From a virus, in the IMG/VR virus record IMGVR_UViG_3300042090_002485, positions 1-64,000 of that record: 64,000 nt of DNA; one strand, given 5' to 3'. A program made the position numbers and the translations under genes. Positions 7,437 to 16,399 of the stretch are shown piece by piece (position 1 is the stretch's first letter; the number at the start of each line of letters is the position of its first letter). The notes beneath the pieces are model-generated. The model searched no databases. It was not told the origin of the DNA and saw only the letters and a program-made list of their open reading frames with translations.

Positions 7437-7765
7437 AGTGGACGCCACCGAAGGCGTCGGCACCGCTCCGCGCGGCGATGCCGCTGGGCGGGTGGACATC
7501 ATGTCTGCCGCGTGCGACGCGGCATCCGCCCAAGGACACGTCGTATGCTGTCGACGTGAAGTTAGAAGACATGCCGACGCAGCTCGACTGCACGTTGGTT
7601 GAAGCGGTCGCCGCCGCACTGCAAACCTCGAAGGGCAAGGCGCGCAAGTTCATCGCTCGCGGCGAGGCGCGGGTGAACGGCGAGGTTGTTCGCGATCCGG
7701 ACGTGCGGGTCAAACGCAGCGACCGCGTCGAGCTGGGCAGGGAGGGTCTCCCCCGCCGGCTGTAG
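7433..7765 (+). CDS. S4 RNA-binding domain protein (may start at ATG 7571)
   Basis: [35 protein letters not shown]. Confidence 0.78.
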
Positions 7766-7997
7766 TTCGTGAAAGGAGGTGATGGAGTCCAATGGACGTC
7801 CGTCCCCTGAAGTGACTGGATAAATATGGCATAAGGACCTGTATGCAAAGGAGGTCCATCATGCGCAGCTAGCAAGGCGAGAGGTAGCGTACGCGCAGGA
7901 CGCGTTCGCTGCTCCACGACGGGTACCGACGGTGCTCGTTGCGGAGTTGTGAACATCAATCGCCCAGATCGGGCATCCACCAGCGAAAGGACAGAAC

Positions 7998-8567
7998 ATG
8001 CAGAAGCACAAGGAATCGCACATGGACCACGGCTTCACCCAGGAGCAGTGGGACTACATCTTCGCGAAGTACTCCGACAAGAAGGAGTTCTTCATCGATA
8101 CGTTCGAGCTGCCCGAGAACCTCGGGACAGTGACAGACGAGCTGTACGGGCCGTCGGCCGGCGACGGGCCCGTTCCTGAGTCTGAGGTGTTCTACGCGCA
8201 CCGCGGCGTGCGGGCGTGGGACTCGCGCCTCGTGCGCTGGCCCAAGAAGCCGACGCGGTTCGTGCGGGTCATCGCGGGGCCGCATAAAGAGCCCTGCGAT
8301 CCCGCGCACCACTGGCCGAAGCAGTGCATCCTGTGCGGGGGCACCGGCGTGCGGGCGTACGCGTGCATCCTCTACACGGCCTACGGCGTCGCGCGGCTCG
8401 ACATGCCCGCCGCGCCGAAGGAGCCGGGCGACATCGTGCACAGCTCGTTCGCGCAACGCATTTCGCAGACCGAGGACTACGTGATGAAGGCCGAGGCTCT
8501 GCGTAAGGCGTTGCGCGAAGCCCAGGCGTTCTGGAGCGTTCATGCCCTCGCCCACGAGGGCTCGTGA
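7998..8567 (+). CDS. hypothetical protein
   Basis: AAGGA ribosome-binding site; typical codon usage; GTGA coupling downstream. Confidence 0.7.
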   Translation: MQKHKESHMDHGFTQEQWDYIFAKYSDKKEFFIDTFELPENLGTVTDELYGPSAGDGPVPESEVFYAHRGVRAWDSRLVRWPKKPTRFVRVIAGPHKEPCDPAHHWPKQCILCGGTGVRAYACILYTAYGVARLDMPAAPKEPGDIVHSSFAQRISQTEDYVMKAEALRKALREAQAFWSVHALAHEGS

Positions 8568-8941
8568 AAGTCCTCCACGTCGAGGATCATCCTGACGTCC
8601 AGCGCGCAGTCTTTCGCGTGCTGAAGCGCACGTTCGACCAGCTCGACCCTTGGGTCGCTGACCGCGCGGACCTCGCCATCGAATACCTTCGTGACGCCGA
8701 GCTGACTGCGCCGTGCGACCTGGTCATCTGCGACTGGGACCTGAACGGCAAGGAGACCGGCAAGGCGGTGCTCACGTGGATTCGCGAGCACTGCTCGCGC
8801 CTCGAGAGCAAGTTCCTGTTCTTCACGGCCAACGACGCGGGGGCGCATCAAGGCGTCGCCTACCTTGAGAAGCCGTCTGATACCGAGACGCTTCGCACGG
8901 CCATTATGGCCTTGCTGAAGCCCACCGAACAACGGTCCTAG
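8564..8941 (+). CDS. stand-alone CheY-like response-regulator receiver domain
   Basis: LHVEDH, VICDWDL (phosphoacceptor Asp), FFTA and EKP all present. Confidence 0.9.
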   Translation: MKVLHVEDHPDVQRAVFRVLKRTFDQLDPWVADRADLAIEYLRDAELTAPCDLVICDWDLNGKETGKAVLTWIREHCSRLESKFLFFTANDAGAHQGVAYLEKPSDTETLRTAIMALLKPTEQRS

Positions 8942-8963
8942 CGCTCGTGCTGATCGCGCGAGC

Positions 8964-9575
8964 GTGGCCACCAAACCAATCACAAGGAGCAAAACAGTGA
9001 GTTCAAAAGTCACGAGCCTGTACAAGCAGGGCAAGATCGGCAAGCCGACGGACGCGAAGGACCCCATCTACATTCACGCAAGCAAGATCGATGTCTACCG
9101 CGGGCTCGCGTGGGCACCGGACCAGTGTGTCCTCGCGAAGGCGGCCTTGCGTGCGATCCCCAACTCGTTGAAGTGCATCTTCTACGAGAACGCGGTTTAC
9201 ATTGCCGTGGTTGACATCAAGACCGGCAAGAAGACCACGCTGCGCTACATCCCATCGCCCGAAGCGCAGAAGGCCATCGCGACCTACGACATGACGGGCA
9301 AGTTCCCCACTGGGCGTTATCGTCTTGACGCGCCCTCGGGTTCGAACACGCTCGCCGCAATCAAGGCTCGCAACGTGTGGCGCAACGGAACGCGCCACAA
9401 GGAGGGCAATAAGACCATCACGCGCAAGCCCGTCGACTTGAAGACGGAGTGTGCGGTGACGCCGAAGTCTGGTCGTAGCAAGAGGTCTTGCAAGAAGACC
9501 CTGCGCGACGAGATGTCGCGTCGCAACGAAAAGCAGACGCCGAAGCGCTCGCGGCTGCAGTTCGCGTTCGCGTAG
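8964..9575 (+). CDS. hypothetical Lys/Arg-rich protein
   Basis: 203-aa ORF with strong GC3 bias and a basic C-terminal tail. Confidence 0.7.
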   Translation: MATKPITRSKTVSSKVTSLYKQGKIGKPTDAKDPIYIHASKIDVYRGLAWAPDQCVLAKAALRAIPNSLKCIFYENAVYIAVVDIKTGKKTTLRYIPSPEAQKAIATYDMTGKFPTGRYRLDAPSGSNTLAAIKARNVWRNGTRHKEGNKTITRKPVDLKTECAVTPKSGRSKRSCKKTLRDEMSRRNEKQTPKRSRLQFAFA

Positions 9576-9623
9576 CAACCAATCGTAACGGTCCTGATCG
9601 GACCAGAAAGAGGTCACCTGACC

Positions 9624-11456
9624 ATGGCTACCGTAGCTCGTGCTCGTCGGACGGCTGCCCCGAAGGCAGCCCCCAAGGCGGAGGTTTCCGCTACCCCGTC
9701 GCGCCCCGGTTTCTGGGCGCGTACCACCAGCGTCGCTAAGCGCGCCGCTGCTACCGTCGTCGGCGCCGTCAAGCGCGCCGTCGCCGCGGTGACCGGCAAG
9801 GTCGTCACCATCGCCACGTCGGTTCGCCGCGCGGTCGTCGCGGTTGTTGTCGCGCGCCCGCGCGTGATGCGCGTCGTCCTGCGCGTCCAGATGACCGCCA
9901 GCCGGCTGTGGCGCCGGGCCATCCTGCCGTTGCTCCAGGCGGTGGCCCTCGCTGCGGTGTTCACGACCGCGTTCGTCGCGCTCGTGTACGGCCTCATGGT
10001 CGCGCCGCTGCTCACGCTGCTCGCGTACGCCGTCGTCATTGGGGTGGTCTTCCTGCTCGCGCTCGCGTGGCGTGCCCTCGAGGAGCGCGAGGCGCGGGGT
10101 TCGGTCTGGGCCGCGCGCGTCTTGAACGCGGTCGATTTCTTGGCGCGCATCGGATACGCGCTGGGTCTCGTCGCGGCCGGCGTGCTCACGGTCGTGCTGT
10201 GCGCGACGTCGCTGGGCTTCGCCGTGTTCGTCGCGCTCGACGTCGCGTTGTCCTACTTCGCGGTCCGCGGCGCGTCCACCATCGCGTTCCTCGCGTCGTG
10301 CCTGGTGACGGGCCAGTGGGAGCTGGCGCTGGCGTGGCTGGCGTGGCGTGCGATTCGCGGTGGGGTCATCAGCGAGCGTGAGCCCGCCGTGGCGCCGGAG
10401 TACTCCGAGATCCGCCGTCGCTCGGCGCCTCGCGACGCCGAGGTCGTCGAGGAGACCGTCGAGACCGTCGCCGAGGAAATCGTCGCAGAGGCGCCAGAGC
10501 GCGGCCGCGTGCTCATCGCCAAGGACACCGAGGAGATATGGGATACCGAGACGCTTCGCACGGCCATCATGGCCTTGCTGAAGCCCACCGAACAAGAGTA
10601 CTCCGAGATCCGCCGTCGCTCGGCGCCTCGCGACGCCGAGGTCGTCGAGGAGACCGTCGAGACCGTCGCCGAGGAAATCGTCGCAGAGGCGCCAGAGCGC
10701 GGCCGCGTGCTCATCGCCAAGGGCACCGAGGAGATGTGGGGCACGGATTGGGACACCCACGTTCTGGTCCATGACGATGCGGACGAGGGGCGCGCCGCCG
10801 AGGTGACCCTGCCGTGCGCCTCCTGCGGGCGGCTGGATGCCGGCACGCGTGTGCGGTCGCTGGACCACCGTGTCGCTGACGCGCGTCGCCTCGGCGTCGA
10901 CCTGCGCGAGTGGGACATCGTCGGGCTGCCCCACGCACCCGACGCCATGCTCTGCGAAGGTTGCTTCGTCGCCGAATGCGAGGACACGGCGATCGCCTAC
11001 ACCGGCGTGTCGTTGAAGGTCCGCGGCCTCGAGGTGTCGCTGACTCGCTTGGGCCTCGAGGCCTCGAGCGAGTACGGGCTCAGTCGGGCGCTTGCTGCAG
11101 GTGCGCTTACCCCCGTGCAGCACGGCGCGTTGCAGGCTGCTGGCTGGAAGGACGGCGACCCGGGCGTCTGGGGCGTCGTGACGTGGTGGCGGCACAAAAA
11201 CGACCGCGCGTTCCCCGCGCCGCGCGCGTGGGCGTGCTTGCACGACGGCATCGAGATTGCGCGCGTACGTCTCGACGACCACAGGCGCAACGTGTTCTCG
11301 GCGACGGTGCTAGGAACGGTGCTGCCGCGGACGTGGTCCAGCGAAGGCGCTGCTAAGAGCGCTGTGCACCGCGCGCTCCGCGCCCACGAAGCGGTCGTGG
11401 CGCGTAAGGTCGGCAAGCTCGAGACCGCCGGAACCCCCGCGACGCAGGGGGCGTAG
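9624..11456 (+). CDS. multi-TM membrane protein with an internal duplication and a Cys-motif C-terminal domain
   Basis: Several TM helices, two copies of EYSEIRRR...TEE, CASC and CEGC. Confidence 0.8.
   Translation: MATVARARRTAAPKAAPKAEVSATPSRPGFWARTTSVAKRAAATVVGAVKRAVAAVTGKVVTIATSVRRAVVAVVVARPRVMRVVLRVQMTASRLWRRAILPLLQAVALAAVFTTAFVALVYGLMVAPLLTLLAYAVVIGVVFLLALAWRALEEREARGSVWAARVLNAVDFLARIGYALGLVAAGVLTVVLCATSLGFAVFVALDVALSYFAVRGASTIAFLASCLVTGQWELALAWLAWRAIRGGVISEREPAVAPEYSEIRRRSAPRDAEVVEETVETVAEEIVAEAPERGRVLIAKDTEEIWDTETLRTAIMALLKPTEQEYSEIRRRSAPRDAEVVEETVETVAEEIVAEAPERGRVLIAKGTEEMWGTDWDTHVLVHDDADEGRAAEVTLPCASCGRLDAGTRVRSLDHRVADARRLGVDLREWDIVGLPHAPDAMLCEGCFVAECEDTAIAYTGVSLKVRGLEVSLTRLGLEASSEYGLSRALAAGALTPVQHGALQAAGWKDGDPGVWGVVTWWRHKNDRAFPAPRAWACLHDGIEIARVRLDDHRRNVFSATVLGTVLPRTWSSEGAAKSAVHRALRAHEAVVARKVGKLETAGTPATQGA
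10398..10740 (+). repeat. 145-bp direct repeat (10398-10542, 10596-10740) flanking a 54-bp copy of 8879-8932
   Basis: Repeat copies differ at 2 positions; the insert matches the receiver-gene 3' end with 1 mismatch. Confidence 0.92.
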
Positions 11457-11459
11457 TCC

Positions 11460-11915
11460 GTGCTGGACGCGGTCGTACAGGCGCTCGCGGAGCTTCCGCA
11501 GAAGCGCGACGCGCTTAACGCGGTCGACGACAAGATCTTGGGCGCCATCCAGCGCATCGAGACCGCGCTGACCGAGCTGCGCGCGTGCATTCGCGCGGAG
11601 ACCCGCTACGACACGGAGGAGGGTCGCTTCATCTTGTCGTTCGGCAAGCATCAGGGCACGTGGCATCTGATGTGGGGGTGCGAGAAGGACGATGACATCG
11701 ACCGCGATGTTCCCCTGGCGCACGCTCCGCGGCACGCGCGCGGCGACGTGTTCTCGCCCAATGCGCAACGGAGCCTCTCGCCGGTGGCATGCCTGATCGT
11801 CGAGATTGGGCACGCGCTGGTGCGCGCGCACCAAGAACGACACGTGTTGGTCACGGTCGCCGAGCGCATCGTCGCCGTGCTAGAAGACGCGGTCGCGGCG
11901 CAGCCCAAGCGCTGA
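11460..11915 (+). CDS. hypothetical protein, N-terminal coiled coil
   Basis: GTG start 3 nt after the previous stop. Confidence 0.65.
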   Translation: MLDAVVQALAELPQKRDALNAVDDKILGAIQRIETALTELRACIRAETRYDTEEGRFILSFGKHQGTWHLMWGCEKDDDIDRDVPLAHAPRHARGDVFSPNAQRSLSPVACLIVEIGHALVRAHQERHVLVTVAERIVAVLEDAVAAQPKR

Positions 11916-11934
11916 CCTAGAATCCGGGTGCACG

Positions 11935-12255
11935 ATGCAGAACGAGTTCCGATGCCTATCAAACGCGCTGCTGCGCGCGGGCCTGCGCTGCGACCTGCCA
12001 GTTGCGTTCTCCGTTCCTCCGCGCGTGCGCGCGATGGTGGGTGCTGCCGATGTCGCCAAGGTGCGCACGGTGACGCTCCACCAGTGCCCGCAGCGCGACG
12101 GCACGACACACTACGTGATCGAGATGCACACGATCGACGGCGACCACAAGGTCGAGGAGTTCGGTCACCGCGGCAAGGTTTCAGAGCACGATACGTTCGT
12201 GCTCTACGACCGGCACCGCGACGGCAGGTTGAAGCACTTGCACTACGTCCACTGA
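11935..12255 (+). CDS. hypothetical protein
   Basis: Fills the gap; typical codon usage. Confidence 0.55.
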   Translation: MQNEFRCLSNALLRAGLRCDLPVAFSVPPRVRAMVGAADVAKVRTVTLHQCPQRDGTTHYVIEMHTIDGDHKVEEFGHRGKVSEHDTFVLYDRHRDGRLKHLHYVH

Positions 12256-12294
12256 CAACAACAACCGCGCCTGATCGGCGCCGAGGAGCCAACC

Positions 12295-12588
12295 ATGGCG
12301 AACGACAAGAACAAGTCCTGGCACGCGAGGTGGGGGAATTGGGCGGTGTCGCTGAAGACCACGGGCGACTGCTGGGCCGTCACCGTGTACCGGTGGCCGC
12401 CGGGCTCGGGTCTGGGTGACCGCAAGGTCCTCGCGACCTGCCCGTTCTTCGGGGCGCGTGAAGAGGCCGTGTCCTGGGCGTGCGGCGTGATGCGGTCCGA
12501 CGGCGCCACGGTTGTGGTGCTGGACGCCCCGGGGCTCGCGCTCGAGCACCTGCTCCGGTTCACGACGGCGCCGGAGCTGGCGGCGTGA
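12295..12588 (+). CDS. hypothetical protein
   Basis: GAGGAG ribosome-binding site; followed by a terminator. Confidence 0.7.
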   Translation: MANDKNKSWHARWGNWAVSLKTTGDCWAVTVYRWPPGSGLGDRKVLATCPFFGAREEAVSWACGVMRSDGATVVVLDAPGLALEHLLRFTTAPELAA

Positions 12589-12592
12589 GGTG

Positions 12593-12620
12593 AGAGGCGC
12601 GCCCGCGGCGCCTCTTTTTT
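12593..12620 (+). terminator. intrinsic terminator
   Basis: AGAGGCGC-7 nt loop-GCGCCTCT followed by a T run. Confidence 0.85.
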
Positions 12621-12626
12621 GGCCCT

Positions 12627-12645
12627 GTGTTTACAGGATAAACAC
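12627..12645. promoter_or_regulatory. palindromic operator-like site GTGTTTAC-AGG-ATAAACAC upstream of dam
   Basis: Same GTTTAY-N3-RTAAAC core at 18091 and 61954. Confidence 0.55.
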
Positions 12646-12664
12646 GACGGTGTAGGGTTCCTCG

Positions 12665-13495
12665 GTGGCAAGACCGTTGCTGAAATGGGCGGGCGGGAAG
12701 ACCCGGCTCCTGTCCGAGTTGGTCGCCCGCATGCCTTCTGCGTACCGTGGTTACTACGAACCGTTCTGCGGCGGCGCCGCGTTGTTCTTTCACTTGGGGC
12801 CGCAACCCGCCACGCTCGGCGACACCAACACCGAGTTGGTCGCGATGTACAAGGCGGTGTCATCGCACGTCGAGGACGTCATCGACCATCTGGCCGCGCA
12901 CAAGCACAAGCACGGCGTTGATGAGAGCTACTACTACACTGTGCGCGAGGCGTTCAACGCCCTCGAGTGGGATGAGGACCCCCCGGCGCGCGCTGCGGCG
13001 TTCATCTACCTCAACAAGACTTGCTTCAACGGGCTGTGGCGCGTCAACCGGGAGGGCCGGTTCAACGTGCCGCGCGGCGACTACAAGGACCCGGGGATCT
13101 ACAGCGTCGAGCAGCTACGCGCGGCTTCCCAGGCGCTGCGCGGCGCCGACGTGCGCGCCGGTAGCTACGTTGACACGACGGCGCGCGCGGGCGAGGGCGA
13201 CTTCGTCTACATGGATCCGCCATACGACCCACACTCGCAGACGTCGAACTTCACTTCGTACACCAAGGACGTGTTCGGGCGCGACCAGCAGCGCGAGCTG
13301 GCCGAGTACGCGCGCAAGCTTCGGGCGCGCGGCGCCTACGTGATGTTGTCGAACAACGACACGCCGTTCATCCGCGAGCTTTACGCCGACTTTTGCGTGG
13401 ACGACGTGCAGGTCGCGCGCGCGATCAACAGCAAGGGCGACAAGCGGGGCAAGGTGGGCGAGGTGATCGTCACCAGTTATGAAAGGACGTCATGA
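12665..13495 (+). CDS. dam: Dam-like (D12 class) DNA adenine methyltransferase
   Basis: LKWAGGK, YYEPFCGGAA, YLNKTCFNGL and DPPY motifs. Confidence 0.95.
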   Translation: MARPLLKWAGGKTRLLSELVARMPSAYRGYYEPFCGGAALFFHLGPQPATLGDTNTELVAMYKAVSSHVEDVIDHLAAHKHKHGVDESYYYTVREAFNALEWDEDPPARAAAFIYLNKTCFNGLWRVNREGRFNVPRGDYKDPGIYSVEQLRAASQALRGADVRAGSYVDTTARAGEGDFVYMDPPYDPHSQTSNFTSYTKDVFGRDQQRELAEYARKLRARGAYVMLSNNDTPFIRELYADFCVDDVQVARAINSKGDKRGKVGEVIVTSYERTS

Positions 13496-14130
13496 GCAAG
13501 CCGGTCATTCTCCTGGACATCGATGGCGTCGTCGCGAACTTCATCGCCGGCTGCCTACCGCACGTGCTGGACCTCACCGGACGCCTGTACGAACATGATG
13601 ACGTCGATCAATTCATGATCGAGAAGGCCCTCGGGCTGGACGCGCAGCAATCCAAGCTCCTGTACGATCAGGTTTGCAAAGAGGGTTGGGTCGAAGGGTT
13701 ACCGGCGTACGAAGAGGCCAAGGTAAGCGTTGCAGCGCTGCGCGAGTTCGCTGACGTCGTACCGGTGACGCAGCCGTTCCTGGCGAGCCGGCATTGGGTG
13801 TTCGAGCGCAACGCGTGGATCCTCGAACACATCGGCATCGACCCGCGCGACGTCTACCACGCGTTCAAGAAGTTCCGCATCCATGGCGACATGCTCATCG
13901 ACGATCGGACGTCCCATCTGATCGAATGGGCGGAATACTGGACGTCGAAGATGGGGCGTGGTGCCGGCGTCGCCGTGCGCCTGCGTCGTCGCTACAACGA
14001 GAACGAGCCGTGGTTGCGGCCGCATGGTTCGTCGGAATATCCCAACGCGGAGTGGGGCGTCCAGGTTGACGACTGGGCGCACTTGGTGCGGTTCGCGCGT
14101 GTTCACTTCGGCGTGGAGCCACTGCGATGA
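13492..14130 (+). CDS. HAD-superfamily 5'(3')-deoxyribonucleotidase-like protein
   Basis: ILLDIDGVVANF (motif I), K...GDMLIDDR (motifs III and IV). Confidence 0.8.
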   Translation: MSKPVILLDIDGVVANFIAGCLPHVLDLTGRLYEHDDVDQFMIEKALGLDAQQSKLLYDQVCKEGWVEGLPAYEEAKVSVAALREFADVVPVTQPFLASRHWVFERNAWILEHIGIDPRDVYHAFKKFRIHGDMLIDDRTSHLIEWAEYWTSKMGRGAGVAVRLRRRYNENEPWLRPHGSSEYPNAEWGVQVDDWAHLVRFARVHFGVEPLR

Positions 14131-14414
14131 AGACGACCGTTGTGAACCTGCGGACGTCGGCATACGACGTCGACATCACCAGAGCTACGCGGTGGGGCAA
14201 CCTCTTCACGCACGAAAAGGATAAACCTACGCGCGCGAAGTACGTGGTCGCCACGCGCGAGGAAGCCATTTCGAAGTATGAGGAGTGGCTCAAACAACAG
14301 CCGCACCTCATGGTGAAGTTGTCGACGTTGCGTGGGAAGGTTTTAGGCTGCTGGTGTAAGCCGCTTCCGTGTCACGGCGATGTGCTCGCGCGACTTGCGG
14401 ATGAGGAGAAGTAG
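14127..14414 (+). CDS. DUF4326-family protein
   Basis: RATRWGNLF...REEAISKYEEW...LRGKVLGCWCKPLPCHGDVL. Confidence 0.88.
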   Translation: MKTTVVNLRTSAYDVDITRATRWGNLFTHEKDKPTRAKYVVATREEAISKYEEWLKQQPHLMVKLSTLRGKVLGCWCKPLPCHGDVLARLADEEK

Positions 14415-14415
14415 C

Positions 14416-14679
14416 ATGGGCGTTGCGGCGGCACGTCGCGAGCGCAAGCTGGGGGAGCTGCTCGTCAAGCGCGACAAGGAGATTGCGAAGCTGCGCAAGC
14501 AGCTCGCGATGCGCGAATGCGTCGTGCTGATCAACCCTCGCCAGCTCGCGCGCGTCGAGCGGTTGTGCATGGCGCTGCTGCATGCACAGGACCGGCTTGC
14601 GCAGGCACAACAGGCTGTGGTGACGGAGGTCGACAACCTGCGCCGCGACACGGTGGACCGCGTTAAGAAGATGCGCTGA
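14416..14679 (+). CDS. coiled-coil hypothetical protein
   Basis: GAGGAG ribosome-binding site; heptad pattern. Confidence 0.6.
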   Translation: MGVAAARRERKLGELLVKRDKEIAKLRKQLAMRECVVLINPRQLARVERLCMALLHAQDRLAQAQQAVVTEVDNLRRDTVDRVKKMR

Positions 14680-14709
14680 CTCTTGGTACAAGGACTCGAG
14701 GAGGACGCG

Positions 14710-14925
14710 ATGGGTTATGACAGCGGCAAGGAACCGCACACGCTCGGCGACGGCAAGGTCGCTCGCGAGACCGAGAAGGCTCTGCTGATCCGAATCGACG
14801 ACAAGGAGATCTGGGTGCCCAAGAGCGTCATCCACGATGACAGCGAGGTGTTCGACATGGGCGACAACTGCGAGGGCACCGTTGTGGTGCATCGCTGGTG
14901 GGCGGAGAAGAACAACCATGCCTGA
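14710..14925 (+). CDS. small phage hypothetical protein (ETEKA.L....EIW.PKS type)
   Basis: GAGG ribosome-binding site; beta-rich motif seen in small phage proteins. Confidence 0.65.
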   Translation: MGYDSGKEPHTLGDGKVARETEKALLIRIDDKEIWVPKSVIHDDSEVFDMGDNCEGTVVVHRWWAEKNNHA

Positions 14926-15136
14926 CAACGACGAGCGGTTGATCGCCGCGGTCAACCAACTGACCGATCAGGTGTCACGGCTAGCATGGGCACAAGAAGC
15001 TCTCGTGCGCGGGCGTTTCGAGAATGGCGTTTTCGAGGGGAAGACCTGCCGAACTTGCGGTTCAATGCTCGTGCCGGTGGAATATCCGTGTTGTGCCGCG
15101 TGCCGGGAGCCCAAGCCGGTGAAGACCGATGGCTGA
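14918..15136 (+). CDS. small Zn-ribbon protein
   Basis: CRTC...CCAAC; overlaps neighbouring genes. Confidence 0.6.
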   Translation: MPDNDERLIAAVNQLTDQVSRLAWAQEALVRGRFENGVFEGKTCRTCGSMLVPVEYPCCAACREPKPVKTDG

Positions 15137-15401
15137 CATTGAGTCTCAGCTCAGCGCGCTGCAGCTCCAGGTCTACGACCTCATCCGGTCCGCGGGCTGG
15201 GAGGGGTGCACCGTCGACGAGCTGGAGGTCGCGACGGGACGTACGCACCAGAGCATCTCGGCTCGCGTGAATGAGCTGGAGAACTGGAAGCCGACGCCGC
15301 TGGTCGAGCGGCGCGCAGCCAAGCGCAATACACGCACGGGACGCCCGGCGTGGATCTTCATCCAGTGCGGCCTCAAACGGGTCAACAAGGAGGAGGGTTG
15401 A
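15129..15401 (+). CDS. winged-HTH DNA-binding protein
   Basis: VYDLIRS...TVDELEVATGRTHQSISARVNELE...RNTRTGRPA. Confidence 0.75.
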   Translation: MADIESQLSALQLQVYDLIRSAGWEGCTVDELEVATGRTHQSISARVNELENWKPTPLVERRAAKRNTRTGRPAWIFIQCGLKRVNKEEG

Positions 15402-15637
15402 TGCGGTCGTCGGTGAGGCCCGGCGTCGACGAACACGAACCGAGCCTCGCGCGCGAGGGCACGGTCTGGATGTGCGGCGCGTGCGGCCGTACCCGCAAGG
15501 ACCGCGACAACCTGGGCGACACGTCGTGTCAGATCTGGGCGGTGCTGGTCCGCGAGGACTCGATCAAGCGCGACGAGACTGGCCGCGCGATCGGCGCCGA
15601 GGCTGTCAACGATGAGACCTCCGAGATCACGTGGTAG
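15401..15637 (+). CDS. hypothetical protein
   Basis: TGATG overlap; GGAGG ribosome-binding site; CGAC. Confidence 0.55.
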   Translation: MRSSVRPGVDEHEPSLAREGTVWMCGACGRTRKDRDNLGDTSCQIWAVLVREDSIKRDETGRAIGAEAVNDETSEITW

Positions 15638-16307
15638 CGGGGTAGTACGGTCCGCCGGTGACGCAGTCCTCGCCGTACTGGTGCGACACGATGTTGTCGG
15701 CTGGGTTCCTCTCCTTGTACTTCGCCCAGTCCATGCCGTAGGTGGCGATGGTCTGGCGTGCGTAACCGAGACCGTGGTTGTGCGCGATCGCGAGGTAGGC
15801 CCGCATCGTGCCGCCCTTCCACACCGTGCCCTTGGGGTCGATGTAGTCGAGGTCCGGTGCATCGGCTGCGAGCTTGGCGTAGCCGCGTAACGCGGTGCGA
15901 TTGCGCTCGGCGAGCTGGATCATGCAAACCGTCGCTTTGTCGAAGTCGAGCATGTCGGCGAGCACGAAGCCGAACGTGCGCGCCTCTTCGTCGCCGATCT
16001 GGTAGGCGCCGACGCTCTGGAAGCCAGTCGGACTCGACGCGGTGGCGACCTCGGTGTCCCACTCGTTCGTGCAGCCCGCTTCGTGGAAGCAGGTGCCCAC
16101 GAAGTAGCGCGGGTCGATGTTTGTCATGCCGATGCCGAGCTGTCCTCCCTGGACGACCTCGAGCACGCGCTGGCCCGTTAAGGGCACGGCTGCAGCTTTG
16201 CGGTCCCACGACGGCGGCAGGTTGTCGAGGACGTATTCCTCGAGGCGGTGAGGAAGGAGCTTGGACGGGAAGAGCTGTTCGTGCTGCGGCAAGACAAGGG
16301 TCATCAC
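15627..16307 (-). CDS. lysozyme-fold / lytic transglycosylase-like endolysin
   Basis: FHEAG (catalytic Glu), VGAYQI (SLT GLMQ-like), IAHNHG (AYNAG-like). Confidence 0.7.
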   Translation of the reverse strand: MMTLVLPQHEQLFPSKLLPHRLEEYVLDNLPPSWDRKAAAVPLTGQRVLEVVQGGQLGIGMTNIDPRYFVGTCFHEAGCTNEWDTEVATASSPTGFQSVGAYQIGDEEARTFGFVLADMLDFDKATVCMIQLAERNRTALRGYAKLAADAPDLDYIDPKGTVWKGGTMRAYLAIAHNHGLGYARQTIATYGMDWAKYKERNPADNIVSHQYGEDCVTGGPYYPATT

Positions 16308-16331
16308 GGCCTCCTTTTTTGGCCCACAGGA

Positions 16332-16375
16332 AATTGTAGGGCACGTTTGGACGGAGGCCTCCGGCGCCTATAATT
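16332..16375. promoter_or_regulatory. divergent pair of CCTAYMATT motifs (minus CCTACAATT 16332-16340; plus CCTATAATT 16367-16375)
   Basis: Each copy points toward the adjacent gene start (16307 minus, 16400 plus). Confidence 0.7.
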
Positions 16376-16399
16376 TCGTCACACCTTGAGAGGTTCCCG

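Noticed and set aside
10398-10740. Diversity-generating retroelement TR/VR pair (both repeat mismatches are A versus G)
   Set aside because: Only two transitions, the copies are tandem inside one ORF, and no reverse transcriptase is in the window
9003-11282. 759-aa minus-strand ORF and other long shadow ORFs (e.g. 30637..32529, 37668..39671, 42833..44977, 47050..48867, 56656..59208)
   Set aside because: They are antisense or off-frame shadows of well-supported genes in high-GC DNA; they are Arg/Ala/Gly-rich with no motifs
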